The notes under the pieces were generated by a model that searched no databases, was not told the origin of the DNA, and saw nothing but the letters and a program-made list of their open reading frames with translations. A program made the translations under genes and the position numbers. Below, in pieces: positions 14,301-28,032 of a stretch of DNA of 64,000 nt (position 1 is the first letter of the stretch; each line of letters begins with the position of its first letter). The stretch covers positions 2,311,324 to 2,375,323 of the forward strand of contig BDGG01000001.1 in NCBI GenBank assembly GCA_001949185.1, read 5' to 3'. The stretch comes from Ramazzottius varieornatus. Its lineage: Eukaryota; Animalia; Tardigrada.

Positions 14301-15689
14301 GCAGTCACACGAAAGAGCGACCTTTCACCTGCCCCATCTGCAAGCGCGGCTTCTCCACCAAAGGCAACATGAAGCAGCACCTCCTGACCCACAAGATCCG
14401 CGAGATGGCCAGTGGCCAGGCCTACCCTGGTTCGGACTTGGAACGCTCTTTCCAGATGGAGGAAGGTTCCAGCAGCCAAGAAGAGAAATCAATGCCGGAA
14501 GCACCACAAAGCATGGATATCAAAGATGAAGACCTGGAGTCCAACTCGGTGGATGTAAGCAAGACAGACGCTAGTGGCCTCAATGGGTCTTCGCAGAATT
14601 CCCAAGGGCAGAAGCGCGGCGGATATGCCAAGAACGTCTGCCATGTCTGCGACAAACCCTTCAGTTCGAACAGCGCACTGCAAATTCATATGCGAACGCA
14701 TACGGGCGAGAAACCCTTCGTCTGCGACAAATGTGGACGGGTGAATATAACTAGAAAAATCAAGTTCGTGAATCTACAACTGACTCGAATTTCAAATGAT
14801 CGTTTCTTTGACAGGCGTTCACGACGAAAGGTAATTTGAAAGTCCACATGGGTACTCACATGTGGAATGGTAGCGAGCCTTCCACAGTAGCCATATCTTC
14901 TCCGTCTCGACGTCGCCCGAGTTCTATGGATTCTGATATGCCGCATGCCAAGCGTCTAGCAGGCGATCGTGACTCCTCTTCCAGTTCACAACAGCCCACC
15001 ATGTCCTCTTCGATGCACCCTGGCATGGGTGGACCACACATGGGCGGCTTCTATCCTGGCATGTCTAATCCCTCTGCTGAGCTCCAACGTAAGGAAATTA
15101 TTACCAAAGATAAAGCTTTCAAGCGACGCGTTTTCCGTTTGATCTATTACGGCAAAGCGCGCCAGCTGATCGATGTTTGTAGCAGCTTACGATAGTGGCG
15201 CATTTTCCGCGTGATTATACTTGTAAAGTGCGCCAGTGGCCAACGCAGTGATTAGCCGGGATTATATTATTCATGCTTGTTTTTACAGGGAAGATGTTCG
15301 ATACGTACGCAGCAGCGGCTTCGGTGGGTCTTCCATCCAATTCCTTGTTTTTCCCATACGCCGCCATGTTCAATGGTATGGCGGGTAAGATGGGTATGAA
15401 CAACCCGGCAGCCAACTTCTACGCTGCTCAGGCCGCCATGAGCGGACTGGGCGCACCCGGTGGATACTTTGGCATGGGTGGAGGCTTGCCGGGCTTCGAT
15501 ATGAGCGGGTTGCGTCCAAAGGAACTCGCGGAGAACCAAAGCGGAGACTCGGCTGGCTCCAGAAGCCCAAGGAGCTCGGGCACACCGGAATCTAGACACT
15601 CCGACGACAGTAATACTGTCTCTCCTCCTCAACAACCTTCCACCGCTTCGGTACTAAAGACTAACCCTGTCGCTGCTGCGCAAAGCTAA
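5330..15689 (+). CDS. sal: Spalt/Sal-like C2H2 zinc-finger transcription factor (multi-exon)
   Basis: Exon 1 5330-5420 encodes MSKRKQSTP (Sall/FOG-type N-terminal motif); 6.2 kb intron 5421-11659; C2HC finger CGMC..H...C; Q-rich segment; three double-finger clusters with the SAL box FT/STKGNLK ([62 protein letters not shown]). Confidence 0.93.
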
Positions 15690-15874
15690 GGTAAAGCATC
15701 TCGCACGAAAATGATTATTTAAGTAGCAGCCAAATTTGAAAACAAAATAATGTTCATGGAATCCAGACAAACAAACTCGACAAAAACGTTTTTCTCAGTG
15801 GCGCACGCTTCCGGCCATTCATACCTGAAATCTGCGTCACTTGGGAAAGTAAACTTGTAGAGTGTGGTTGTCGC

Positions 15875-16103
15875 CAGAGGTTTTCCTGTCCCATNNNNNN
15901 NNNNNNNNNNNNNNNNNNNNNNNNNNNNNNNNNNNNNNNNNNNNTCCCAGCCGACTGTGTGGTGTACGGTTAATTAGTGGTACTGCCACATTACTACCTT
16001 GTTCACCGATCAGCTGATCGTGACCTAACAGACTGAGCGCGTGGGACCGTAACCTGCCCACTGTAGCTCGTCTGCCATGGTGTATGGGACAGGAAAACCT
16101 CTG
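15875..16103. mobile_element. hAT-like non-autonomous element (MITE) spanning an assembly gap
   Basis: 20-bp TIR CAGAGGTTTTCCTGTCCCAT / ATGGGACAGGAAAACCTCTG; 8-bp flanks gttgtcgc / gttgtcga (7 of 8 match, TSD-like). Confidence 0.7.
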
Positions 16104-19100
16104 GTTGTCGAGCTCCCGTTTCAATTCTGCATATGTGCTTTTGAGTTGAGGCTCGAGAGACACTATATTAGTCTTTGTGTGAGGGAATTTTTTGGAATAA
16201 TTTATGAGTCTGAGAAGGAAGAGATAGGCAATATTCGAGTGTCGATAACGTTTTCGAATTACCCTCTACTTGACCCTCATTTGCTCGTAAAATTGAAAAT
16301 TTCGATAAGGAAGATGGATGTATGCTTGAATCTATTTTGCTATGATGCATCATGGAAAGGAGAAGAAATTTGGGTTGAAACGAAGCACAGTCGGCAGCTG
16401 TGACATTTTTAACCCGATTAATTCACTGGCGCATTCATATGCAAATTTGGTCATTTCATTTTCAAAACTCCCACTAATATGCCCCTCTTGTCGTGACATC
16501 TTATGACAGTAGGAATGAGAACAAACCGCTCACTGATGTCACGATGTGACTGGAATCGATGAGCAGAAGATGTAAGCTCGTTGGAAGAATATTTCCTTGT
16601 AGATTATTCTGGCAGACACGAACCTGCATACCGGTTGTGCAATGCGACCAAGCTATAAACTGTACGCAGGCTCCTTCGACAGCCGCAGTGACTTGTTCAC
16701 CAATCCGCACGCAGTGATAGCTCGATCGCATGTATGACCCAGTATGCAGGTTGGCGAGACGATCGTCACTGGGAAATCTGATAGGTTCTCCGGCGAACAA
16801 AGCGTTGTAGCGAAGTCTAGACTTGAGGCAGATTGGGAGGACGCTGTTCAGAAGACTGCAAGAGTTGGAGAACGTTGAGGGGATCGTTTTGTGCCGCAAG
16901 GATAATGAAGTCTTTTCATGTGGAAGCATTAATATTGTCGGGAATGTTTATGGTAATTAGCCATTTCCGGGCTTGAATGTGGAAATTGTGCTGGCAGCTG
17001 GCTGAATTGCGCTTTATGGCAATGTTGCGTGGAAATTGTCCGGCAGTGTTCTTTCAAATTCAATTACAATCCCGCCACAAAAACAGCCAGCATGACTTCC
17101 TCTCAAAATGAAGCATTGCCATTTTACGTTTACATTATTTTCTTTTCACCACAAATTACGTCTTTACAAAATCAGTATCAGACTGACGGGAGTATAAGCT
17201 TCCCTTTCAGCAAATCCATTTTCGGCTAGCAATCTAATGAGGGTTTTTTTGCAGGTCTTTTCCGGCTTGCTCTACATCCCTTCCTATCCTACGTTCCAGA
17301 AATTGTAGAAGTTCCTTGAAAATATTCCTGTTGAAATATTCCTTCCTAGCATACTCAAGACTTCGGGATGGGCGGAATCACCTCAGTTTTCTAATTTATA
17401 CTCAAATAGTTTTCGTCTTATTTACGGCACTCGAAACTGCTTTTGTTTTACCTCGTTTTATTAAACCTCTGTATTATTATCCTTTCATCCACAGAAATTT
17501 TGAATAGTTTACCGAAGTTCGAAACGAAGGCGACGTTTATTCATAACACGTACTTCCATGTTCCTGTTTGTCTTCGTATTTCGCGAAGGTATCCTTTTTG
17601 AGCAAGTGATATCAAATCGACCGGCTGTTTTAGATAGAGTTAGAAGCATATTTTCTCGCCTGTTTCTGTCCTAACTCTTTATATCTTTTTTAGTCGTCCA
17701 AGTGAAGTCATGTGTATTTTTTGTCAATAGTGAACGTGAGCTTTCCTATATTCCGATATTTATAACCTACAATTTTTCTCTTTTGAAGTGTTTTATTACA
17801 GTGTTATGTAAGCTTTGATGAGAGGCTGCAGAACTGTAAAGTCCATGAAGAGAGATTTGTGGGATTTCATGTTTACGATTTATGGGCTAGTTGCCTGAGA
17901 AAAGTCATAAATTACGTCAATGTTATTATTTTCTGCTTGGGGGGTATTAGCGATGGCGTGCCGAGTGGGCGATGGTGCAAATGTAAGGAGGCGGATGCCC
18001 AAGGTTATGATTTATGGATCATATCGTGGGCACATTTGCGGCACGCGCAAATATATCAATCCAGAAATCCATACTTTGCACACTTTGTGGCAGAATTGTG
18101 TATCTCGATCATCTCTAATGTGTGGCCACTTGTCAAATCAACCATCCATGCCAACCTCTGTTTACCATAGGCCAAAGGACCATGCAAGCGCCGCGACCCG
18201 GAACTATTGTCGCAGGAGTCATGCTCCGCTCTGACGTCCTCTCAGGTCTGCTCACAGGATACGTACGGGATGAAAGTTTTTGGAGCAGTTTCACCAGAAA
18301 AGACAGAAGATGCTGCAGCAGAAACCGCCCGAAAATTTATGTGGCTCATGAAATTCTCGATGGTCCGAGTGTTCCGGAGCGAACTAGGCCTGCGTACTGT
18401 GATATGGGTGTCTGAAATGAGTTTTGGCAAAGATAATTGACTTTGGCATACCAGAGTCGAATGAAGCCTTTCAGGGAGGTTGAAAGATTAATGCAAATCA
18501 AAAAGTTCAATATTTGCTAAACTGACTTGGTATTGTGGAAGAGGCTAATCAAGACACGCAGTTCATGCACTTCCTCAATATAATTGTTGTTGACTGTCGT
18601 GATCAAGCCCCGGAATATAGCCTCTTTTATGGCAGCTAATAACATTGTGGAGCTTTTCGCTCAATTTCCCTGCTTGACCTTTGTGTACTCTGTCTAAAAC
18701 TTAATGTCAGTATTCCTGACATTTTTCCATCATGACGCAACAAGGAATAAGACCTGAGGGATATAAATGCAACTGGGAAGATTGCTTGGTTCCTCTGCCC
18801 GACAGCGACAATATGACATTCTGCGCATCAGATGTTCCATATCAAAACGATAACGAGGGACATTATTCATTAATTCCCCTGAGATGAAATTGTTCATTTC
18901 GCTTGTCCATCTATGTCGACGACGGAAGTGATGGAATTTTCGGGGCCATGCAATAACATGAGAAATTATGAGAAACACTACCATGGCTCCCTATAATCTT
19001 CGTCTCGTATCCCAACACTCCCTCTGGAACTGTGCTTGCATCCCATCTCGGCTAGGGCGTAATATAGGTCTATGCCTATTGACATGTTTGATGATTTTTC

Positions 19101-20486
19101 TCCAGCGACATGCATCGATATCTCATCATTGGCAGTTAGGAGGCAAAGGAATCAAGCTTTGATGAGGAGCATGTCAGTTTCTCTTGGGCGATCTCCCCAA
19201 CGTCCTGCTCTCCATGCAATATAATGTGATGTCATAAAAGTCCCTTATGAATTATCAACCCAGCACGACCCTCTTAGAAAAAGTAGCACCATGAATCGCA
19301 GCAAATCGCCCTCTTTCTGGAGCTAGAAGATCAAAAACGAGAACGAAGGGAAACATCGTATAAGGCTACATAGAAAATATCGATATTACGTTCGAGATCA
19401 AAGTTCAGTTACTTCCGTGTTCAGTTAGGAGGCAAAGGAGACCAGTTTTGATGGGGAGGCAGTTAGGAGACTTTTTGTTGTGGAAGCTGGCAACTATTTT
19501 ATGTTGAACTTCGGCAAATGATTTCACGCAGCTACAGTAGTTTTCTCAAGTGGCGCATGCTCTTATAAGCTAGGAGCGTGCGCCTCCTGGAAAAACAATC
19601 TGGGTGAACTCATTTGCTGACGTCCAATGTTCGGTCCGTGTGTAAATGAGAAACCTTTCAGAGAAGGGTGTTATGGTAGCACGAGTTTAAAGTGCCTTTT
19701 TGTGGTTCAACTTGACTGAAAGTGAAGGATGTAATATTTCCGATCCATAAAACCCCACTTGACACGAGCTGTATCCCATTCAAAATTGATAAATTTATCT
19801 GCCGTCCATTTGTCAGAAATAATTGAATATGTCAGGCTGGTAGGACAACATGGTCGGCACGACTCAACGATTCCCGATATTTAGTGTCCTTTATTATTTT
19901 TATATGCATCGAAGTTGGCAGCTCGGGCTTCCTTGAGTGAGGTCCTTTGCGACGTGCACTTCAACAAGGATTAATGTAGCCAGTTCTGCATCACTGCTCC
20001 ACCGTAAAAGTCTCTTTTCCATAACAACCATAACGGCCTCAGCGCTCCTCTCCGATGCCGTCACCCGACCCCATCTTCCTAGCCTTGCTCCCAGAATAAG
20101 GGCAATTTCACTTTAAATTTGCTATGCTTCCGCAACGCTAAACCCTCCACTGCACATCTAATAGCTTCCCCATCCACCACAAAAATCATAAATTTCCCAT
20201 TTCTCGAACTACTTTCCTCATTATTCATTCCGATCCATCTAGCCGTTCTTCCACATCGAAAACAGTATCTACTCAGTCCCATAGTCCCCAATCAGCAACC
20301 ACACACCGAAGAAACCTTCACACGATTCAAGTACACGTACTAACGTTGAAAACTTCAAGCACACATGTCCACAAAAATACTCACGCAGTTCAAAAACAGA
20401 AGAAAATCAGCAAAAATATCTTCAGGCAAGTACAAAACAAAGCGTTGCATACCGAGCAACCAGAGACTGAAACGAGAATGAAGAAG

Positions 20487-23400
20487 TCAACGAAGAAGAA
20501 GTTCAAGAAGGGAAGGTTCCTTCCGGGTCGCCGGCTGGACTTCAGGAACTTTCTGGTCATCGGGCATCGGGATGAACGGCTGCAGTTCCGCGTTACCAGC
20601 AAAGAAAAAAGGCTTGCTGGGCATGCCTGTTCGGAAGCAGTCGCCAAAGTTGGAGACTAGGACGTTCAACGAGACGGCTCCTAGAGGCTGCTGACCGTTC
20701 GTCGCGCCCTCTTGCGTGCGCTCCTTCAGGGCATTCTGGTGGGACAAAACCAACCGCGTATAAGTAAATTCAGCAATACATTTCAATACGACAATCAAAA
20801 CTTGGAAACTATGAACAAGAAAAGAGTTTCGTAAATCGTGAACGTACCGTAAAAACAATATTCAATGAGGTATCTTCCGCTAAAGCGACCAGTTCTTCTT
20901 CCACCCTGCACGTCACATAGCGCTGAAGGAATTCTAGCAGCCAGTAAAGTGGTTCTGGCGGTCCAATCAACGGCCGGATGTTTGTCTGAAGTCTCTCCGT
21001 CAAAATATCACTGTAATGGACCATGAAAGCTGGGTCAAGTATACTGTTTCTGCTTTCCGAAGCCCAGTAAGCGGGCTATTTATTTTGCCAAGGTACAGCT
21101 CACCATATTTGCATCCACAAAAAGAGAAAGTCCCGAAGAACCTTCTCGTTGGCTTGGACCCTGATTTCTTTTGGCGAAAAGGATTCAGCAGCGTCCAAGC
21201 ATTCTCTCAAACTCTTGTTCAGCCAACTTTGCCACGAAGACAAGCTGGGTGGATGCTGCATTGCATCTATGGAACAGGCAATGTAACGTTGGGCCCTTCT
21301 GTCTTCTTCTTCCGTCAGGTTAATTCTGACAAACTATAGCCCGAACACATATACAGATTAGGCAGCGACAAATATGATCAGGAAATGCAGAGAACCCACC
21401 TTTGGCCAAAGCTGCGCGATTCTTCTAAACAATTTTATCACGTAGTCCACCTTTTGCTGGTCACTCTGCAGACAATCCACGCGGGAAAACGACGCCAGAA
21501 GAGCTACGCGTTTCCGCAGTACCAGAGAAAAGGCGAGAGATCCACAATACTATAGAGATTCAGACTATCAGTCATCGGCAGAGACAGTAAGCCTTTATAT
21601 TTGAGGACTTACAAGCATATCGGCTATAGCAGGCGGTATGGGAGAGTCAACACCGTTGATCAGACTAAGAGTCCATTTAGGAAGCTTTATAAGAAATTCG
21701 TTAAGCAACTGAAAATAGGCACCTATGGAGAAAGAAAGAACGAAATGATCACTCCGGCTGTTCTGGTTGAGACATTACATTCTATTGCATATATACGTTG
21801 AAGGTACCATACCTCCGGGTGCTGCTTGAAAGTTCGGGGCGAAGTTCTCCAAAACGTTACCGTATAGGATCAGGTAGCTGTCTGTTATGAATCGAGTGAA
21901 GACATCTGGGCCCACAATGTCCTGAAGGGCAGCGATGCTCGCCGCAGGACCTTGGGTAACAGACAGAGCCGAGGGAATCTGGATGCTTTCTTCTCGGTTT
22001 ATCCAAAAGTTCCGAAAGACTGCCGGAAGTGTGACAAAAGCCCCGTTTATCATGCAATGAGCGACGACCTAAGAGCAGAAAACATGGGTGGTTCAAAAAC
22101 CCACCCAACTCCGATGAAGTCATTTACTGTACATACCCCGAGATGTATCCGGAAGGATACGACAAATTCACCGAGTTTCTGTATCTTAGCAGCTCTTTCT
22201 TCTTCCGTACCACCCTCTCTCACCGGAAGTTTACTTGACCATCCGTCTTCTCGTTGTAAGCATAAAGGTACGAAGGAAGTGTGGCCTGCTCCGATCCCCA
22301 TCGTCAGTTTATTGAGGACCTCCAGCAGTACCGTTTCACGGTCCTCCATATCCAGCGCGGCTAGAGCACGAAAGACCGGCGACCGTACCTGTGTCACTCG
22401 CCTAAAAACAAACTCACGGGTCGCAAAGTTCCCTTCGTCGAGAATATTTTTAAATAATTACAGAAGGATAAAAGAAGTCCACTTACCCAATGGGATCTAC
22501 AGGTGGACGTCTGGGTCGCTCTTTCTCTGCAGCTATCGCTTGCTGTAACGCTGCAACCGCTGCGGCGTCTTCGGCTTCAGAGTTCCCTTCCTTGTTTCTG
22601 TTTGGATTCATTTCCAGTCCGATGTAATGGTACTTCGATTCACCACTGGAAAGACACAACAAGCCCCATAGTACGAGTATACTGTAGACTGTAGATGATG
22701 TAATTACAATGATTTTGTTATCAGTTCGGGCTTACCGGCGACCTAAACGACGCGTATCGACGCCCGGAAACGTTCGCCGAAGAACCTTTCCGAGACACGC
22801 AGAGTTAACAACGGCCATGTTGTTTTCCGCGCAGAACCTTTGATACTTGGAATAAAGAAGACTTCGTGGCATGATTGCTTGTGGGTTATAGCTCAACCGG
22901 AAGTTCTTTTTCAGCCAAGGTACCTGCAAAATCGAATGATATCCAGATGCATCCAAATCTGAACTTTCACATCGGACTAATACCGAAGCTAAATATCATG
23001 CAAAACAGTTGGTAGCCTTACCAGTTCAGCCCCGACTCCGTTGTTGAAAGCATGTCCATTCTGAGCATCTGCGTTTCTTTTCGAACTAGAGCTACGTTGT
23101 TGAGGTCGAGCGCGTCGCTGCCAGTCTCCGACATCGTCGTCGTCCCCGTCCGCCTCCTCCATCGACTCATCAACAGCCTAGACAATCATGATCATGATAT
23201 TTACTATTCAAAGATGATAATATGGTTATGCTCTTACGTCGCTTGCGGCTTCCGCCTCGGAGTCGTCTTCGTACTCATCTTCGCTGTGGAAGTCTGCATC
23301 TGACTCGCCACCATCATAGTCAGGGTCGTCTTTCCCGAGTTTCTCCGGTGTCTCATCGCTCTCGATCGACTGGAGGTCAGAGGGTAGATCTTCGCCGAAG

Positions 23401-23916
23401 TCTACCTCGTCGGCTGCCGGTGGCGGTGGCGGCGAAGGATCACTGCAAGTAGGCTAAGCCTGGGATATCCTACGCCACTGTTTACATGGAGACCGACCGG
23501 AAAAAGTACGGAGAAGAAGTGTCGCGCAGCCAGGCGCAAACGACCAAAGCATTGCTCAGTGGATGGAGAAGCTCAGCAATGTGGAATGTTCAGCATGATC
23601 TGCGAATAGTCCGACACTTACCGTTTGAGCAAATGGATCGTCGACGTGTCCGCTTCGGTCTGGCTTTCCAGCGCATCCTCGATCTTCTCCTCGCTACTAA
23701 GTTCCGCAGGTTGGCATGTCTTTTTAACCGACAGGTCTTTTCCATCGCGCAATGTCTTCTTCCTTTTTCGCACTTCGAACGACGCCCCAACCTCGGTCGC
23801 TTCTGCAGAAAATGAGAGCATCTTGGCTACGCCCTGAAAATTTGTGCAGCAATAATGATGAGGCCGTTTTCGATAGAAATCCACTTACGTTTGCTCCGTC
23901 GAGTTCTTCCCGTCAT
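20487..23916 (-). CDS. RFX-family winged-helix transcription factor (multi-exon)
   Basis: RFX DNA-binding domain WLKKNF...MPRSLLYSKYQRFC...VNSACLGKVLRRTFPGVDTRRLGRR|GESKYHYIG at ~22600-22920; downstream exons resemble RFX B/C/dimerisation regions; start codon is tentative. Confidence 0.85.
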
Positions 23917-25129
23917 ACTTTCCTTCTAGCACTCTGCAAACCCCTCAACAACGATCAGACACGTAAGCTGAGGAACAAGCACTTAATCAGAGAAATCGGC
24001 AAGACTCGAATGAGTGTTCTTCGAGGAATCAAGGCGAGTTCGATGTCGACGACGCGTTACAGAAACTGGAGTGGCGCTGCAGCGACTGAACAAATCAGGC
24101 AAAATTTCCGTTTAGTGCTTGCAAAGATATCCCACCCCGGAAAGAGGATGCCACCCTGGGCGTCGAAGGGCTTCCCTATCTATTCCAGTTCCATATAAAC
24201 GTCTGCACGTTGGAGCGGAAGTGGAGGTGGATCGACCCAGTTTTTGGACCAATAAGGAGTTATCATCCAACGATACAACGAATCTTGATCACGACACCGA
24301 CTTTTCCGCTTTCTCCGCCTTCCACACAAGGTTCAAAACAAATCTGACTTCATTCCGGATCACAGCTGACTGGCAGATTTCATGGTCTTCACAATCTCTT
24401 TGTAGTCCATCTTTGATTCCTCAAGATTTTCGTTCAGAAAGAAAAGCTTTCTGGTCTTTTTGCAGGTAAAAAGTGCTGCCCGAAGCTGTTCAGAAGCCTA
24501 GAAGAAGGTTCAGTGTACAGGAAGTCTGAAGTGTCTGCCGGCACCATGCAGCCCTTCAAAGTCTTCTTCGATTGAAGGCGAAGTGCGTCGCTTCAAGATA
24601 GAAGACGGTACTGGATATATGTTCCGGGTTGTCTGTCAGATGGTCGAAGCAGTCGTTGGTCATGAGAATTTCATCGTCACCTGGAAAGGTACGAGATAAC
24701 TTTCCAAGGAAAGTTTTCATTTTGCTGAACTGTTGGCATCACTGGCATATCTGTGACTGTGGTGCTTCTTCATAGATAGCGACAACGACTCCATCCATGT
24801 GACATCAGAGAGCGAGTTCACCGAATGCGTCGATCACACTGCCTGGAGGACTCGCCGCGGTGACCTGATCAAGCTGTACGTCAGGAGTGCCAGTCAGGAG
24901 GATCCTCACGGGAAGAACAAGTTCGAAGGTAAGTCGTGTTTCGATGTACAGTAGCTGAATCTGTCACAATAATAAATTATTGTACCGATTCTCTTGTATC
25001 TTTATTGGAAAGACAATATTCCGTTCTCAAAAGCGAGAAGATAGCGAAGCAACAAAACAAAAACAACTACACACGGACAGACTTTCCCTCTTCAAGTCTA
25101 AAACGTAAAACAACTCATCAAGACCCTTA

Positions 25130-26490
25130 GTGTCCTGTACGGTGGAGAGAACAGAATAGGAATTTCCACGCTGAATATCTATCGACACTCTCTGTTTAAA
25201 GAAAGAAAAGGCTCTAGATTCCCCCGTCACCTCTACAATGTTTCTTCCGACCGACTTAAACAGCTCCGTCGCACAGGGTCCCCATGGTCCGGGGTCTCCA
25301 GAACAACAGGACAGAACAGGAACTGGTTACCGATGTCCCGTTACTTCGTAATCTTTCTCTTTTCGGCGGCATCGGCAGCGAATCCGGCTTTGACCGTTGA
25401 CATGGCGAAGTTGGTAAGGGCCAGGGTGTCAACCACTGTGACGTCCCAGACGAGCTCGTTACCGTTCTTCCATGGGACTTGTGTCATACCGTCTGGTCGT
25501 CTCTTGTCCTTCCGGAAGATCCCTGGTGATTCAAGGATGGCCGGTATCTGGGCTGATGTCAGGGCACGTTTGAGCGACTCGTTTAGCGCGCTGTGTCGGC
25601 TGTAACGACCGCCACTAAACTTGCAGCTCGGCTTCGCTGTCCAAATCGGCTTGGGGAAGGATGTCGAGCACCAGTTGGTGTACGGAATGGATCCATGCCA
25701 AGAAGGCAGGAAGCGCGATCTCTTTTGTACGACGGATGCCTAATCCACCTAGATCGACCGGGAGTGTTGCTTGTCGCCACGGACCGGAAGTCATCTCAAC
25801 GTTCGTAATCTCCGCCAGACTTTCAAGAACCACCTCTTCGAACTCTTCCAATACCCACGGGACCTTCCAGACGGGAGAGCACCGAATGATGTAGAGGGAC
25901 TTGGGCAGACAAAGGCAGTTCTTTAGGAGGAAGAGGGCCTGGTGGGCAACCAGTTTAGTTTTGCCTGTACTAACTTGATCTTTCTTATTTTTACTCGGAC
26001 GACATCCTCCACACCCTCTTCCATCAGTAGAGCACCCAGCAGACTCAGGTCATTCCTGCAGGGGAAAAGGATACCTGGACAGGCGGTTGCTGCTGCTTCT
26101 TGGCTGGCTTAGCGTTCTTGAAGTGAACCACCGAACGCGAAGAGCTCACACTTGGATGGGTTCAACTCCAGTCCCACTTTCCTCCCTTCCACCACCACGT
26201 GCAAATCAAACAAGACACGACCACCGATGGTTCCATCGTCAAGATACCACACATTCAGTGGCGACTTTAGAGTCTTGGTGAGGCTCTCGATTACGAGGCA
26301 AAATAGAAGGGGCCCCAAAGGATCGCCCTGTTGCACGACCCTTGCGGACTCTATGGTGTGCTGACCGAAGAGAAGCTTTGAATTATGCCTTTAGGTCTGC
26401 CAGACGAAAGCGTGGTAGGCTGGCAAAGCTTCCTTGACAACACGGAGCAGAACGTCGCGGTGTATCGTGTTGAAAGCATTCCGGAAGCAC
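25130..26490 (-). mobile_element. Degenerate non-LTR retrotransposon (RT plus restriction-like endonuclease, CRE-like) in a p62-like intron
   Basis: RT motifs FRNAFNTIHRD, QQGDPLGPLLF, WYLDDG, GLELNPSKCE, GGLGIR; RLE motifs RH..LN, RPDG..PW..G..LVWDVT, SIDIQRGN; many frameshifts. Confidence 0.88.
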
Positions 26491-27542
26491 TATTGTACTT
26501 AGGTATCAATACGGAAATTGACGATTCGATTTCTTGATTGCAGGTGTCATTTGTGATGGCTGCGACGGAACTCGATATAAAGTATTAGGTACTTAACAGA
26601 CTCTCTCTCTCTCTCTCATTTCTTCCTGAATAAATCTTGACCTTGAATAAATCCCTTGAATGGACCTTGAATAAATCTTGTGTCCTTCTTCCAGTGCCTG
26701 GTCTGCAAGGATTTTGACCTGTGCGTCAAATGCGAGACTAAAGGAAAACACTACCAGCACACCATGTTGGTCATTCGCAAGCATCGCGATTTGAAGGTAA
26801 CGCCACCAACAGACAGTCGAGACTTTCGACCCTCTTCCGTTTTTTTCCGACGCTTTCGCCCCTGTGTAACTTAGGTGATCACTGGTTTTGATAACGAGAA
26901 TTTTTTTATCACAGAAAACGCTGTCTAAGATAGATCCCGACTTCAAGAGTCTCATCGTGGAAAAGCCCAAAACTAACGCTTCGGTCCTCCCAAATCCCAC
27001 CAAAAACCTCGCCGCCACGCAGCGAGATCTTACCGCTCTGGCCAATGGTATCAAGTCTATAAAAACCACTACCGCTAAGACTGCTACCCTGAAACCCGTG
27101 ACCAAGGCTACTACCACCACCACCAAGCAAGCCGACGCAATTCCTCCGGTCAACCCAGTGGTCCCAGTGGCAGTGGATGCCCCTCTCACCATCACCAGCA
27201 TCGAGCCAACTAAAGCTCAATCAGTGGTCGTCTCAACCGAGGACTTCCCTCCGATGCCACCGCCACCATTCTTAGCCACCGCGTCTTCAATAGCTGCCAC
27301 GAAACCAACGACCGCCACACACGTCGGGCCACCCAATGGCTCCTTTCAGTACAATCCATACAGTCCTTTCGGTGCCAATCAAATAAACGGTTTCTATATT
27401 CCCTCGGGGTTTGTCGAGAGCCCATTCTCACCATAAAATAGTAGCGGTAACGGCTCTGGCTCGTTTGGTGGATACGGTGGTCAGCCGCCGATCTACCCTC
27501 CTTCAGCTGCCGGTTATCCAAGTCGACAAAGGTTAGACTGGT

Positions 27543-27644
27543 TGCAAAATCAGGCTACGTCTTGCTATTCGAACNNNNNNNNNNNNNNNNNNNNNNNNNN
27601 NNNNNNNNNNNNNNNNNNNNNNNNAAGACGTAGCCTGATTTGCA
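27543..27644. repeat. Inverted repeat flanking the N-gap (probable small TIR element or assembly fold-back)
   Basis: tgcaaaatcaggctacgtctt before the gap is nearly the reverse complement of aagacgtagcctgatttgca after it. Confidence 0.5.
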
Positions 27645-28032
27645 TGGACGTATGTACACGCTAGCACACTGACCTAGTTTCATTTAAGCTTGGAAGACTG
27701 AGCAGAGAGCGAGCGACCAATGTCCTGTTGCACACGGCGTGACGTCACGGCATGTAAGTCGTAGCCGATGGCGCGAAACCGTTGCTTCGCGCCAAAAGTG
27801 GACGGTGGGCAGAGACTATCCATTTTTAGTGGCCGACCAGTGGTACTCGACCTAGTGACTCGGGTCTGCTGGGTGGGTGGCAGTTGTAGTGCGTAAATGG
27901 CTTCATCGTTCAAATGTGGCGTTCAGACCCGGTACAGAAAGCGAGGTCGATCGTGTAGCCGGGCTAAAATTCGATGGTAGTCGACGACCATCCACTTTTA
28001 GCCCATGCAGTACTTTGATTCGGTAGACTCAA

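Noticed and set aside
19130-19470. Short imperfect direct repeat CAGTTAGGAGGCAAAGGA (~19133 and ~19423)
   Set aside because: Two degenerate copies with no associated structure; probably a repeat remnant.
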